NCBI RefSeq assembly: GCF_009914755.1
Contig: NC_060926.1
Strand: one strand, 5' to 3'
Length of the DNA stretch: 64,000 nt
Source of the DNA: the human T2T-CHM13v2.0 reference genome, Homo sapiens
Of the stretch, positions 27,892-43,330 are shown in pieces (the first letter of the stretch is position 1; every line of letters starts with the position of its first letter). A model generated the notes under the pieces. The model ran no database searches. It was not told where the DNA came from and was given only the letters and a program-made list of their open reading frames with translations. A program made the translations under genes and the position numbers.

Positions 27892-28619
27892 CACAGTTTC
27901 TTTATCCACTCGTTGATTGATGGACATTTGGATTGGTTCCACAATTTTGCAGTTGTGACTTGTGCTGCTATAAACATGCGTGTGCAAGTTGGAAAAACCC
28001 TTCTAGACATGGGCTTAGGCAAGAATTTTGTGACTAAGAACCCGAAAGCAAATGCAATAAAAACAAAGATAAATAGCTGCAACTTAATTAAACTAAAGAA
28101 CTTTTGCATGGCAAAAGGAACAGTCAGCAGAGTAAATAGACAACTCACAGAGTGGGAGAAAATCTTCACACTCTATACATCTGACAAAGGACTAATATCC
28201 AGAATCTACAAGGAACTCAAAAAAGCAGTAAGAAAAAAACAAACAATCCCATCAAAAAGTTGGCTAAGGACGTGAATGGACAATTCTCAAAAGATGATAT
28301 ACAGATGGCCAACAAACATGAAAAAGTACTCAGCATCACTAATGATCAGGGAAATGCAAATCAAAACTACAGTGCGATACCACCTCACGCCTGCAAGAAT
28401 GACCATAATTAAAAAATCAAAAAACAGTAGATGTTGGCGTGGATGTGGTGAACAGGGAACACTTGTACACTGCTGGTGGGAATGCAAACTAGTATAGCCA
28501 CTATAGAAAACAGTGTGGAGATTCCTTAAAGAACTAAAAGTAGAACTACCATTTGATCCAGCAATCCCACTACTGGGTATCAACCCAGAGGAAAAGAAGT
28601 CATTATACGAAAAAAGATA
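27465..28619 (-). mobile_element. 5'-truncated, 5'-inverted L1 (L1PB-like), twin-priming structure
   Basis: 3' end on the - strand 27465-27989. ORF2 C-terminal segment on the + strand 27989-28619 (GKTLLDMGLGK..., [13 protein letters not shown]...). The two parts are contiguous in L1 coordinates. Confidence 0.85.
27840..27889. repeat. (TG)n microsatellite, about 24 units
   Basis: Perfect run inside the L1PB. Confidence 0.97.
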
Positions 28620-30745
28620 TTTTCTCGTTTTTTAATAAAGTAAGAGCCATACTAGTGGGTGTGAAGTGGTGTCTCATAGTTTTGATTTGCATTCCCCTAA
28701 TGATTGATGATGCTGGCCTCTTCGTGAGCTTATTAGCCATTTGTATATCTTCTTTGGAGAAATGTCTGTTCAAGTCCTTTGTCCAATTTTGAATTGGTTT
28801 GTCATAGTTGATTTTTCAAGAAAAACCTGGGATTTCCATTTAACAAGCTAAATACTTAACTACAGCATTATCTCTAGCTGATAATTGATTGTGAATCTTT
28901 AGGGAGACCTGAGTTTTAATAGTGGTGCTGCTACTTGGACAAGACTCAAATTTTTAAGTCTTAATTTCTTCCTCTCTAAAAGGAGGAGTTCAGGAAGTAG
29001 ATGTTCAAGATCCTTTGCAGCCCTAAAATTCTATCATTTTGTTGAATATGAAACATATCTACGCAGAGAATGCTAGAGTGTAAATGAGATGAGGCTCTCT
29101 TTGTGATGTTTTACTCTGAAAATATTTACTGTGCTTTCCAAGGATGTACAGTATGTTCCCCTTTGTACTTTTTTGGGCTCTGTTTTCCACTTTGAATCAA
29201 AGGATGATTTTGTACAACTCCAGTGATACATTGTGTGGTGATGTGTCATCAGCTTGACAAGTTTCATCAGAAAAGTTAAGGCCTGAAAGATTTCGAAAAC
29301 TTGTAAGTGACTCTGTATTTTCCTTGCTTGGTTTATAAAATCAAAGTTCTTAGAAGAGTTTGGCTAGAAACAGAATGACTCCTTGGTGGCCTGAAGGAAG
29401 CACAGCTTGTTTGGAGCAGGATGAAAGGATGGAGTCAGGTTGGGCCAATAAGGCTGCAGAGGACAAGTTTTTAGTTTAGTTTTTTTAAAAGAAAACTGAA
29501 ATGAGAGCCTGCAAGCCTTAGAATGCGCTGGGGTCCTGCTACAAATGATAACAAATGGATCATTCACATTAAAAATCTGAGCCGCGAAGGATCTAAATTG
29601 CCTCACTGTGGGGAAAAAGTCAAAAGCCAACTTTAAACTTAAGGAAAATCATTTTTATAATAAACGAAAAGGTAGTTTCCTAATACATATTTGAATTCAT
29701 TTATCTCTTGCCAATTCCTGGTAAATTCTAAGTGAATTCTGAATTTATCTAGATTAACAGCATCTTGAATTTTTTCTTCACATGGAATTAAAGAAAAGGC
29801 CAGACATGTGAGCATTCTTTAGCAGTCAAAATACAGCCTTGAGTGGCACTTGTGCCAGAGATCCACCCGGCTCCGTGTCCCCAGAGCGGCATCATTGGCA
29901 CCATTTTCCTTTAGGAAACTGGGGGGTGGAGGAAAAGTTGGGGTTTTATTCCCCCAGCCCCCTCCTGCAGGGTCCCTGAAGGTGGTTTATGTTCCTCTAC
30001 CTCAGGCCACAGCGCTGTCAGGAGGCACTTCTCTGTGCCAGTTCTTTGCTTTTGCAACCCCAGGGTTCTTGCTGTGGGTTTCCCAGAACTCTGCCTGTAC
30101 CTTTGTCAAGAATCTCTTTATTAAACTGTATTAAATTTTGCACCACTTGAATGTGCCTTTCTTTCCTGACTGGCCCTTGACTCATACCAAAATTACATTA
30201 GCTAGGCCTGTAGGTAGATTTTTTTTAAGTTGATCTGTATGGCATCTTTAAAAAAATGGAATTAGGTTTTTCGAATATGTAACACATAATGCAAAATTTA
30301 GAAGGGACAAGAGGACCTGCTGTAGAGTGAAGAGTCAGTTTTCTTCCCATTTTTGTATTCCAAACACTCATTTCTCCTTCCCAGTGAGTAATACTCTTTC
30401 CCATTTCTGTCTTCTCCCAGAATCTGAATGTACTGGCATATGTGTATATATATCCTTGAAACTGCTAGAATATTTTATTTATTGTATTGTACCATGCGTT
30501 GTTCAGTTAGCAGTCCTTATCAGCACAAATAAATCTGCCTTGTTCTTTATAAAGGCTGCATATTCCATCCTGGCATATAATATAACTTATTGAACTGGAC
30601 TGAATTGTTGGGCAGTTGACCTTTCTACTTTTGCTGTTATCATCCAAGCGACAGTGAATAATGAAAGTCTTAGTATACATTTGTGAATATCTAGGATAAA
30701 TTCTTAGAAACAAAATTGCTGCATCAAAGGTTATGTGTTTATTTA

Positions 30746-31093
<348 letters not shown>

Positions 31094-31167
31094 GTTGAAC
31101 TAATTAGTTTTCCCAGCAATATATGAACTTGTCTGTATCACCATACCCTTTCTAATACAGATTATTA

Positions 31168-31378
31168 TCATTATTATTATTATTTTGAGACAGAATCTCA
31201 CTCAAGATTGGAACTACAGGCGCGCGCCACCATGCCTGGCTAATTTTTGTATTTTTAGAAGAGATACGGTTTCACCATATTGGCCAGGCTACTCTCGAAC
31301 TCCCGACCGACCTCATGATCTGCCTGCCTTGGCCTCCCAAAGTGCTAGGATTACAGGCGTGAGCCACCACGCCCAGTC
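31168..31378 (-). mobile_element. AluS with ~90-bp deletion in the right arm
   Basis: gagacagaatctcactc joined directly to aagattggaactacagg; perfect TSD tctaatacagattatta. Confidence 0.9.
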
Positions 31379-31485
31379 TCTAATACAGATTATTAAACAC
31401 TTTGAACTCTGCTTCTCTGATAGATTGGAGTTTAAGTTGCATTTTGCTTGTGCATGAGATTAAGTTTCTTTTCATGTGCCTAAAA

Positions 31486-31674
31486 CAGAGTTTCTCCACC
31501 TCAGTGTTATTCACATTTGGGTGGATAATTCTTTGTTTTGAGGGTTTGTCCTGTGCATTGTAGGATGTTTGTAGCATCTTTGGTCTTTACCTATTAGATT
31601 CAAGTAGCAACCCCCCATCTCACCACCACCAAGAAGTCTCTGGGGACAAAACCACCCCTGATTGAGAAGCATTG
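31486..31674 (-). mobile_element. MER20
   Basis: cagagtttctccacctcag...tgtcctgtgcattgtaggatgttt...gattgagaagcattg. Confidence 0.75.
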
Positions 31675-32044
31675 GTCTAAAAACTTTTCTCCTTTGCCTG
31701 TTTTCCTTTCCCACTGCACTTCTGGTGTTTCAACTTTGCTTATGGTGTTTTTGCTATTTACTTGTTTATTTCTTTTTAGGCCATACAAAAATTTTATATT
31801 ATTTTATGTAGTCATATTTGTAAATATGCTGCTTCTCAGTTCATACAATTGATAGAGAAATTGATTTTTGATAACGTTTTGTTAATCAAATAAAGGTACC
31901 AAATTCTTCTTCCTTTAATCAGCTGTGATACTTCCCTTCAGTGCTAGACAGCAAACCAAGGGAAACCAGAGTAAGCCCTGAATTTTATTGATGACTGCTA
32001 GCACATAGATGTATTGGAGAGGATCAGAAATCTTAAATTAATAA

Positions 32045-32275
32045 CAACTACCACTATCGAGTCTCTTCCGTATGCCCAGCACTGTTTAGGTACCTTGCAC
32101 ATATTATATCTTAGCCTTGAGACAGAGCCCTGCGTGATCAGGATGTATAATCATTTTAAAGGTGAGGAAACTAAGGCCCGAAGAGGTTAAGTCACTTGGC
32201 CAAGACCACAGAGCAAGCAGGTAGCACAGCTAGGTTTTGAACCCAGATCCTTCAGAATCCCAGGGTTGTGCTTTC
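32045..32275 (-). mobile_element. MIR
   Basis: cattttaaaggtgaggaaactaaggcccgaagaggttaagtcacttggccaagaccacag. Confidence 0.7.
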
Positions 32276-33830
32276 ACCTCATGTGTGATGTTGTCTCATA
32301 GCTAACTCTGTGCTGGGGTTGACATTAAGCTTCAAGGGAATTCTCAGGGAAAAGACCATATTCGTCGTGCTTGTGAGATCCATCTTACTTCTCTTTGGCT
32401 TGGACAGATCCGCAGAGTACTTTCTTCCATCGCATCTGACTCAAGTTGTTCACTGAATCTTGGGTCTTGGTCTGAGTTTTGTATTGTACTTGTGCAACTA
32501 TTTCCTCCTCACCTGTAGAATGGGAAGGATAATACCTGCCTCATAAGATGTTGTGAGGGTTAAATGACAGCATGGTTTGCAAAAAGGCTTTGTGATCTGC
32601 AGAATAATGTCCATATATAAGTATTATTATTGTTACTGTTAATTGCTTGCTTACCATACTTCATATATTTGATTACATCAAAATGCAACTATATAACTAT
32701 ACAACTATATATATAACAATTGAACATATTTTAACATATTATAAAATAGAAGACATTGGTATTAACACATGTAACCAGTGTATACTTAATTTCTTGAGTA
32801 TATTAAACATCAAATATTATAAATTGATAGCATTGCCTAGTACTTCAATATTTTTATGTCATTTAGCTATAATTTCAAGTCTGAGTCAAACCGATTATCT
32901 TACTGTATATATATTTAATGAATTTTAAGAGAATTCAAAGAACTTTGATTCCATTTGATTTATTATTTCGGGTTTTCATGAAGAAATTTACAAACTTGAC
33001 AGGTCTGCAAATGACAGATTTTACACACTTGGCCATTACATTGGTGACTGAAGAGCAGAGGTTTTGTTTGGACTCCAGGCATGCAGGGGAGGCAGACATA
33101 ATTTTCCCCCTTTCTAGAGTTCTTGGCCTTGGAAATTTAATATCTACTTTAATCTTAAATGTAGAGATGCTGAAAATCGTGTAAGTCAAACATCAAAGGT
33201 GTTTAGAACCTAGAGACTTGTTATTGTCTGTGATTATTTTAGATGTTTAGAATTGAAATGTGGCTAATGCACGGATGAGGATTAAGAGCTTTGAAGGCTG
33301 TAAGCAGTTAAGGAAGGAAAACCTCATTTCAGTGGCTCATTTACTGTCATTGGCATGTTTCTGAACAGTTGAAAGCTGATTTACCAAAGGATCCTGCGTG
33401 CAGGAGGAGTAAGCATTTTGTAGAAATCAGTAGGGAACTGTTTTGAGAAGTGAATGGGAAGCCCTTAGAGCTGAAAGTAGCTTGGAGAGCATCTCATTCA
33501 TTCTTTTCATTTTATAGATCAGAAAATTGAGACCCAGACAGGGAGGTTATGACTTCAAGGTCATAGTTGGTGGCAACGCTCAGATGCAGACCCAGGCTTC
33601 TGACTCCCATTGCATTTCCAAGTGAGATGGTTTTTGCAAGATTTTTATATCCAGAACATTTTAAAATTGGCCATCTATAGGATGATGGTGCTGTACTGGA
33701 GATTTCTAATGCAGTTTGCATGTGTACGAGGAGCATCAGAGAGAGATCTTGCCCCAGCTGAAAAGCCAGTATCTTTTTCCCACTGACCTGTGCCCACCCA
33801 AATAAGGTGAGGATGAGAATCACTGGGTTA

Positions 33831-34217
<387 letters not shown>

Positions 34218-34320
34218 TCAGTCATTTTGTAAACCTTTGTTCAACAAAAGAATGAATACATTGTGTTGTGTAAACTTCAGATAGAGATTGAGAGACTATC
34301 AAACCCAAATATCCAGGGAT

Positions 34321-34356
34321 TAAGTAGTTACATAGAAGTAAGTAGTTACATAGAAG
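34321..34356. repeat. 18-bp perfect tandem duplication
   Basis: taagtagttacatagaag x2. Confidence 0.9.
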
Positions 34357-35871
34357 AAATATTCTATGTAACTGGGGCACTGACAGGCCCTCCCATCCCA
34401 GACACAGAAGGCTACTTACTGCCCACCGGAGCTTCTGCAGGGCCTGATAATGATGGACATCACAGTTCTGTGCCACTTTTTGGAATTAATCTAGAGAAAG
34501 AATTGAGACAGGGCATCCCAGATGAAGCCAAATAGGGGTGACTTATAGTTCCCTGGTTAATTCCTGGAGGGGGTCCTGAATAACAGGCTCTTGGATCATG
34601 CAAAGGAAGTAGAGTAATAAAGGACCTATGAGATTCATTGACATTGTGGTTGTCGAAGGAGGCACCTTCTAGCCAGAAAATGGAAGATTTCTTTCCAGTG
34701 ATTCATATGTATTACCCAGAACACTTTGACTTCCTGGAATTTAAAATATAAACTCAAGTCTCTTGGCAATAACTTTTAAACACTGCAGATCACTGGCTTC
34801 TCCACTCCTCTCCCTTTTCCCCTAACCCCGATCCTTTAAATAGATAGCAGTATACGTACATGTTAGGTAGCTGTGATGACAAAAAAGTTCAAAATGATGC
34901 ACAGAGTGTACCTTCTTTCTTTTCTGTGATACTGTTGACACATTCTCAGTCCAGCACAGTATAACCATGCAATAGGAAACACAGTTCTTTGGAGAGCTCA
35001 GTTAAGTGAGATGAAAATACCTATCGTGATTCTGTGTCTCATGGCCAGGCAGGATGCAATGACATGGGAATGCAGGGGGCCTAGGGTCTGCCTAATCTCA
35101 GCCCTGTATGTGCTTCTGTGAGTGAGGGAACAAAGTACCTGCCTAGCAAGCTGTGGCCTGGGTGGTGACAGCTACATTTTGCTTGCTTCCCTCTCCTAAG
35201 TGAGCAGTATACTTGCTGCTGTGGCTCCGCAACTCAAGGGCGTCCTATCACAAATAATGAAAAATATGGGTCCTTTCAGCATACAGATGACTTAGTGGTA
35301 ATAGTCCCTTCGAACCTTGAGTGCTTGCTTATAAAGTCAAGGCCCAGCCAATCCAGCAGCCACTTCACTGAGCTCTGGAGTTTGAGTTATCAAAAAGCTG
35401 TCACCTCTTACACTTCCTGTCTAGCACCTTTTAAAGGTAACATCACTGCCTCCACTTCCAAAAAAGAATTTCTGTTCTCCATCTCTTCTATTTCTTATTC
35501 TTTGTGTCCAATTCATTCAACTCTTAAAATAATACTTTCAAATAATATCCAGAAAGTCTGGTGATTGTGCTTCTAACCCCCACCCTCCCCAAACCTAGTG
35601 AAGCTGCTTATTTCTCTGCCTCTTGGATCTATGGGTGGTCCCATTTAGGCTTCTTTAGTTTCCTATGTCATCATCTTCAGGATTATTAGAGAAGAATTCC
35701 CAGATTAAAAGTATGGAGAAAGATTTGATTCGGAGCTGGAAGGAAAGGAAAAGTAATGTTCACTGAGTACCTTCTGTGTACTCAACTTAGTTTTAGCCAT
35801 TGTCACATGCTATTTTTCTGCATCCCAAGACCAATGGGTATATTATTTCCATGTACCGATTAGAAAACTGA

Positions 35872-36196
<325 letters not shown>

Positions 36197-37260
36197 TAAA
36201 TAGAATATTCAATCCAGAGAAAGAATTCAACTTTAAAAATAACGATTATGGACAATTTCCATTTCTGTAGCCACGAAGAGAAAATTTATTAGGGGCTTGA
36301 GGAGACTTGCCCCTTTTAATTGTTGGTGGATGAATCGCAAAACTTGAATTTAATGGAATCCAAGTGCCTTGGACTGCTTTTGAGCAGGTCATTCATGTGG
36401 TTAGAGCAACGCTGCTTCCAAGGGAATGTTTTGATTGATTGTGTCAGCGTCCTTGGGTGGCCCTTCCAGGAGCTTGAATGCCTGTGTAAGTTTGGTTTCC
36501 TCTGGCTAGCTTCTAAGCTCCTGCAGATGAGGTACCACATCTTCTTTCTATTTTGTTCTTCTAATAATGACTAGTGTAATAAATTAATCAGTATGGAAAT
36601 TCAGCACAGGTAGGTTGACCTACTATAGAAAGAGGCTTTTTCAGCTCTGTTGAGAGTCACTAGATATTATAGACAAGTACTATCAACTAGGTATTTGGGC
36701 CTCGTGATTAGTTGCAGTTATTTCTGCCTCATTATTACTGGTCATTGTGGTTCTTAACTCAGGGATAGAAGGTAGATTTTATTTTATGTACCCACTCTAT
36801 CTGTTGCTGACCAGCACAGTATGCTGAGAATTCGGAGATGACATCTAGGCCCAGCAAGAACTATGATAGGTTAATAATTTTTGTTAGAGGAGAGGAGAGT
36901 GCAGCACCTACCCTATAGGTGCTGCTGTCATGGTTGTTGCCAGCAGTCCAGCAGTTATCTCAATGAAGACTGGGTCTTTCTTGCCCCTCTTGACCACTCC
37001 AGAAGTTATTGGGACAATGTGTACACTTTGGAGATAGCATGGTAGACTTTGAGTATTGACTCTGCCATTTATTAATAGTGTGCTTTGAGAAGAATACTAC
37101 ATGTCTCAGAATCTCAGTTTTCTTCTGTAACTTGGTGTAAAGCGATGTCATTCACAGGATGGCTATAAAGAGTAGATGACATAATAGCTATAATACCCTG
37201 TAAAATAGAAATCCAACAATTGTTAGTATCTTTCCCTTACGTAGAGGTTAAATAGGAAGC

Positions 37261-37577
37261 TTTTTTTTTTTCCTTTTTTTTTTTTTTTGAGATGGAGTCT
37301 TGCCCTGTCTCCCAGGCTGGAGTGCGGTGACATGATTTCAGCTCTGTGCAACCTCCCAACCTCCACCTCCCAGGTTCAAGCAGTTCTCTGCCTCAGCCTC
37401 CCAAGTAGCTGGGATTACAGGTGCCCGCCACCACACCCAGCTAATTTTTTTGTATTTTCAGTAGAGATGGGGTTTCACCGTCTTGGCCAGGCTGGTCTTT
37501 AACTCCTGACCTCGTGATCCACCTGCCTCAGCCTTCCAAAGTGTTGGCATTACAGGCGTGAGCCACCACGCCCGGCC
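37261..37577 (-). mobile_element. AluS-type SINE with 8-bp internal duplication
   Basis: TSD aggaagctt; caacctcc x2 at 37349-37364. Confidence 0.93.
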
Positions 37578-38966
37578 AGGAAGCTTCTTTATAGAGACTT
37601 TGCTGTTCTTACCTTCTGCAAACAAATGAGCACATGAAAGAATGGAGAATGTTAATATTAGCGTTAAAGTAGATATGTTATTTTCTTCACTTTTGTGTCC
37701 TAAATTGTTAGCTGCAAAAGATTAATATATTTTAATTTATTAACAAAGAAAGTAGAAACTTTTCAACAGGTTTATTTTGGGCATATTAAAGAACCTGCAT
37801 TGTAGACTATAAACATTCATGATCGCTTTTATTGATGATCAGTCTTAGGAATTATGAATCATTTGGTTAGTGAGTAAATAAATGAGAAATACAGTTCTCA
37901 TTTAACTCTGTATTTATCCCCCATGGCTTTTGAATTGTTTCTTTCAGATGGGAACCAAGTGACTTGCCAGAAGTGGGCATGCTTGCTAGCATTTTGTGAT
38001 AGCTTCACACGAGCTTGAGAAGCACATGCTGAGGAACTTACTTGACACTCATCAATTTTAGAATAGAGTGACAGCCATAGATAAATAATTTCTGTGTTTT
38101 GTCTTCCTCAAAAGAGCAAATTTGGAGGGAGACAGTTGTATCATCTTAACTACCTTTTTGTGGCTGAAGTGTTGAATCTAAGGTACCAGAATAAAGGGTG
38201 AAGTTTTTAAAATTTTGCATGTTTATTTAATAGATTTGTATTTGTTCATATGTATGTGAATAGGTTTATACATAATAAATGCCACAGTGATAGTGGTCAA
38301 TACCTTAAAAATAAAAATTAGTTCTTCCTTAATCATTATTTTTCTTGTTTGCTTTAGGAATTCTGAATGGATGTCATGACTATATATCTAATAATTACTT
38401 AGGAAATCCTCTCAATCTCTGGGCATGGGGTATTAGGCTATGAAAACCAGAATTTTCCATTTTAATCATAACAACTCTGAACATTTTTATGCTAATGGTG
38501 AAAGCAGAAACTTTGTTCTTGTCCTCAAATCAAATTTAAGCTTTCCTGTTGATTACACATATCCTTGACGAGTAAGATTCACTCTCTTTCACCTGCCTGG
38601 TTATTGATCAGCTCATGAGCAGATGGAAGATCTAAGCATAAATCACTCATGAAGATGATGAATAAGCTGAAAGTTTATTCATATGTATACCCTTTCTTAT
38701 CCAGTGATAGTAGAAGCTTCATATTTAAGAAGGGGATTAATGACATAATTTATTATTGTTTCTTGTTCTTTTCGTTAAAGGGAATAAACAATATAAGTGA
38801 ATAATTAATTGAATTTTGTAGGAAGGGTTCAGAAAAGACCTGCCAGATACAGACAGGAACCCTTGTCATTAAACCCAAGGCCAGCAGACATTGCACGGGT
38901 GTGTGTTAGAAGCAAAGGCAAAGGGCTCTGGGAAAGAGAGTAAGAAAGTGTTCCTTTTAGATCTGA

Positions 38967-39289
<323 letters not shown>

Positions 39290-39489
39290 TTTAAGAGGCT
39301 TTAAATTGTCACTTGACATTGGTAATATTCCAGTATGCTAGAAATGATGGCAAGAGTACAAAACATGGCCTTAAAATTATTCTGGACATGATATTAAACG
39401 TGGTAAGACAATTGGAGACTGTGACTAAGGTGGCAGAACTGTTCAGTCTTTTGATAATTGCCATGATCTTATGGTAGAAAAAGCACTGG

Positions 39490-39720
39490 AAGCAAGAGCG
39501 AGTGGGGTAGGATGATGAAAAATGGCTTAAAGGATAAAAACATGTGATTATTAGGTAGAAGGAATAAATTGAATGTATGATAGCAGAGTAGAGTGACTAT
39601 AGTTAGCAAAAACGCATTATAGTTAGTTGCTGGACACCCTAAATACCCCGACTTGATCATTGTGTGTTATATATATGTAACAGAATTTTATGTGTATTCA
39701 TACATTTGTATAAATAAAAG
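39490..39720 (+). mobile_element. L1MA-like 3' end fragment
   Basis: tagaaggaataaatt...atagcagagtagagtgactatagtta...ggacaccctaaataccccgacttgatcatt. Confidence 0.65.
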
Positions 39721-40078
39721 AAGCAGCACCTGGATTTTAGGACTTTCAAATAAAACATATAAGGTTTGGGGGAGAAAAAGAAAATAAATTAACCTACGTC
39801 AAAATCATTGATTTCTAGTTAATAAAGATTTGATAATTGTTTCAGAAATAGACTAGAATGGCCATATCATTAACTGGGTCATAATTTTATGGAAAAAAGC
39901 TTATTTCATGTCTCTCCTTTTTATCATAGTGCTCTATCCAGAAAAGATGCTCAGAGAAAACAGGTGTATTGATTCTTATTTTTTTTTTCTCTTAATATGT
40001 CTAGTAAAAGTCAGGGTGCACACTCACTATAAGAACAATGATTATTAAGTTGACTTGTTCATTAAGATTAAGAATAAT

Positions 40079-40391
40079 GGGCCGGGTGCAGTGGTTCATG
40101 CCTGTAATCCCAGCACTTTGGGAGGCTGAGGTGGGCAGATCACGAGTTCAGGAGTTCGAGACCAGCCTGGCCAACATGGTGAAACCCCGTCTCTACTAAA
40201 AATACAAAAATTAGCTGGGTGTGGTGGTGCATGCCTGTAATCCCAGCTGCTTGGGAGGCTGAGGCAGGAGAATTGCCCTGAACCTGGGAGGCGGAGGTTG
40301 CAGTGAGCTGAGATTGCGCCACTGCACTCCAGCCTGGGTGACAGAGCAAGACTTCCTCTCAGGAAAAAAAAAAAAAAAAAAAAAAAAAAAA
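40079..40391 (+). mobile_element. AluS-type SINE
   Basis: Full dimer; TSD aagattaagaataat. Confidence 0.95.
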
Positions 40392-42908
40392 GATTAAGAA
40401 TAATGGCCCAACTATGAATAAATCTGAAGTTTGGTTCCCATACCGGGAACCAAAAGAGCATTAATGATATTGGGTATATATTATTTTCTTAAGATGTGTT
40501 TAGGATGTGGGCCTATCTTGCTAATGCTTATTTATAGTATTTTAGTCTATGCTTTGACTTTATGCAAGATCTACAAATAAATATTTCTGATTACAGAAAA
40601 AAGCATCATTTCTTATTTTGATGTCATTTGGAATAAAAAATGACCCAAAAAGCTCTACTGGGAAAAATACTCTTAATTGATCCGTGTATAAACCCAAAGA
40701 AAGTTTAACTTTGAGTCTTGTGGCCTCTGTCAGGAGGCTGGAGATTTGGCTCCACTGAGGTTCATTCCAACGATTGACATTCATTTGTCACCTACTTAGG
40801 GCATTCACAGCAGTTTTCTAGGTATTGATGAGAAGATACATACCTTTGAAGTTTGTATACAGACAGTTTCCTTATGATGCATATTTGTGCAAATGTGTAC
40901 TGAGAAGCAGGTCCACCTGAACCTTCAGGGAGCAGTCAAAAGGAAGCTTCACTTAAAGCAAGTACATAAGAGTGGTGGTGGGCCTCAAAATCGAAAGAAG
41001 GAAGAGTGTGAAGAGGAATTCTTTCAGAATCTAGCCAGGAGGATGGCATGTGCGTTAGTATACATCCAGGATAGGGAGTGTGGTATGTTCCAGAATCACA
41101 GATCATTCAGTTTCATGATCTAAATGGAGAGTCATAGAAAAATTCTGTAGGGAAGTGAACTGATTGGTTGAATATGCATATCAGAATGTCCCTCCTGGCT
41201 ATGGTATGAAGAAAGCATATTGGAGGGATTATGAAAAGAGGGAGAGGGACTATTGAGAAGGCTCTGCTGTAGTCTGTGAATGATATAATAGCTTGAACTT
41301 GGACAAAGGCATTGAAGAATGGAGAGAAAGAAATAGGCGAGACGCTGAAGAGAGAGAAGCAGTAGTACTTAGCTACAATTGGCATCTGGTTATGGGACAG
41401 AGAAGAATCTAGGCTTTGATGTTTATGGTTCATAAGGAATATTCTTTAAAATTTAATAGATTATAGGACCATAAAAACTTAGAACTGAGAAAGCAATTAT
41501 ATATCAGGCCTTTCATTTTACCAACTAGAAGAGCAAGTTGCAGAGAGCTGCACTGAATTGCTCAAGGTTATTTAGCTTTGCGGTGCAGACCTACAACGGA
41601 ACTGAGATCTCTTGTCTCCCAGTATGGGGACCTTCTGATACACTAGACTTTAAACTTGTACAGTAAACTCTCTGTGGAAAAGGTGATTTTGTTGCACCCA
41701 GGAATTTATCATCATCATTATTATTATCATTATTTTAGCAGACGGAGTCTCTTTCTTAATGAATATAATGGACTTAGATAATGTGAATCACCTAGTAAAG
41801 TCTGCTTAAATGCATCAGTTCCATGAAGAGAAGAAGTACAGTTTTAGAAGTGAATTGGTGAAAATGCTTTATTCCAAATGGCTTGTGAAAATAAGGATTT
41901 AAAAGCTGGTAGGTTTCCAGCTTTGATGGTATGGAGCCTATTAGTACAATTAAAGGTGTAAAATGCATTCTTCTTTCCCCATTAGCTTTTCAAGTTTCTA
42001 ATTCAGTTTTGGAAGTCACCTCTTCCATCATAGCCTAACTTTAAAAGTAGATACACACCCCTCTATGAGTAATGTATGTTTTTTTTTTTTTTTCTTGTTT
42101 GGATCAGATCTGCTATAAATTATACAACTTTATGTTGAGATCAATTTGGTAAATTTATTAGTTTATAAGAATTAGATAAGTGATTGTATTTTGTAAAAAT
42201 ATTTCATTATATATCGGTTAAAAAAGTACATATAAAATGTATGGTACATTTTCATTCTGAATTAAAACCTCATAGGGTTGCCTTAACTTCAGTATCTAGC
42301 CATAAAAGGAAAGGAGAAAGAGAAACGGGAGGAATACTAGGGAAAAGTTGCTGAAATTCTTCTTTGTATACCCAAGTAGTTTCTCTGATGATACTTGGTT
42401 TATTTAGGAGAATTGCCAGAAGGATTTAGAAATGTTTCTAGTCCTTATTAGTGATGGTAGTTTTAATTTACTTTTCTTCCATGTCTCTGATTCTTATCCT
42501 GTACAGAATCTAGACCTCCAATTGTTTTATTGTGGTAACTGAGTATTAGCGTGTACACAAGGATGTTTCAAATGTCAACTTAGTCTAATTCTGAGCTACA
42601 TCTCGAGAGTTAATTAGAAACATACTCATGGGCCAATACTGAGGTTTAGAAAGAATTATCTTAAGGAAGTCAGTTTTGATACATATTGTCTTGATTTAAT
42701 GGAATGTTCCAGATTCAGGAAGTATATATGGAGCCCTGAGGAATGAATAGGCATATTTTAATAACCTGAACTTGACATACCAAGTTATTTAAGTTAAATG
42801 GAAGGAGACATGTTGGCTCATCTCATCAGTCAGTAATGAATCACGTGGCCCTGAATAGCGTTAGCATTTGATTCTGGAAGGCTCTGCTGTGTGATTTTAA
42901 GCAGTGTG

Positions 42909-43330
42909 CAGTAGAAACTCCAAAATTACCTCCATGTAACTGACTTTCCAAATTAACCAACACCCTCTACTCCCTTTTAAAAATATGCTGACTGATGCCC
43001 ATGGTGTGCCGAATACTCCTGGCTGATAGCTACTCCGGGGTTGACCCTACACATGACACCACCCAGATCTGAGTTTTGTTTCTACTAAGAGTCAGTTCTT
43101 TTGTCCCTGCCTGAAATTGCATTATTTAATTAAATGTTATGTAAATTGATTAAAAAGTGAGTGCCAAAAAAAGAATTATTTGCATGAAAATTAAGATGAA
43201 TAATTTGGAAAGAATCAATAAAAGTGAATCTCTAATATAATATTGACTGCTGATTTAGGGCTAGGCAAGACAACATTAAAACTTTGGAAAGCAAATTATA
43301 AAAATCAGAAATTTGGCATTCAAACGACTT
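42909..43330 (+). mobile_element. Tigger (TcMar; Tigger13-like) relic with decayed transposase N-terminal HTH
   Basis: CAGTAG start. 43157-43306 translates, with one frameshift, VSAKKRIICMKIKMNNLERINKSESL / LTADLGLGKTTLKLWKANYKN, a CENP-B/psq-type HTH pattern. Confidence 0.6.

Larger units (their letters stand above)
26400..28800 (-). mobile_element. Old L1M 3' remnant hosting a nested Alu and L1PB
   Basis: L1M-like segments 26400-26690, 27060-27445 and 28620-28800 read as one continuous element. Confidence 0.65.

Noticed and set aside
27787-28275. 162-aa ORF with CVCVCV repeat
   Set aside because: Artefact of (TG)n plus the L1 inversion junction.
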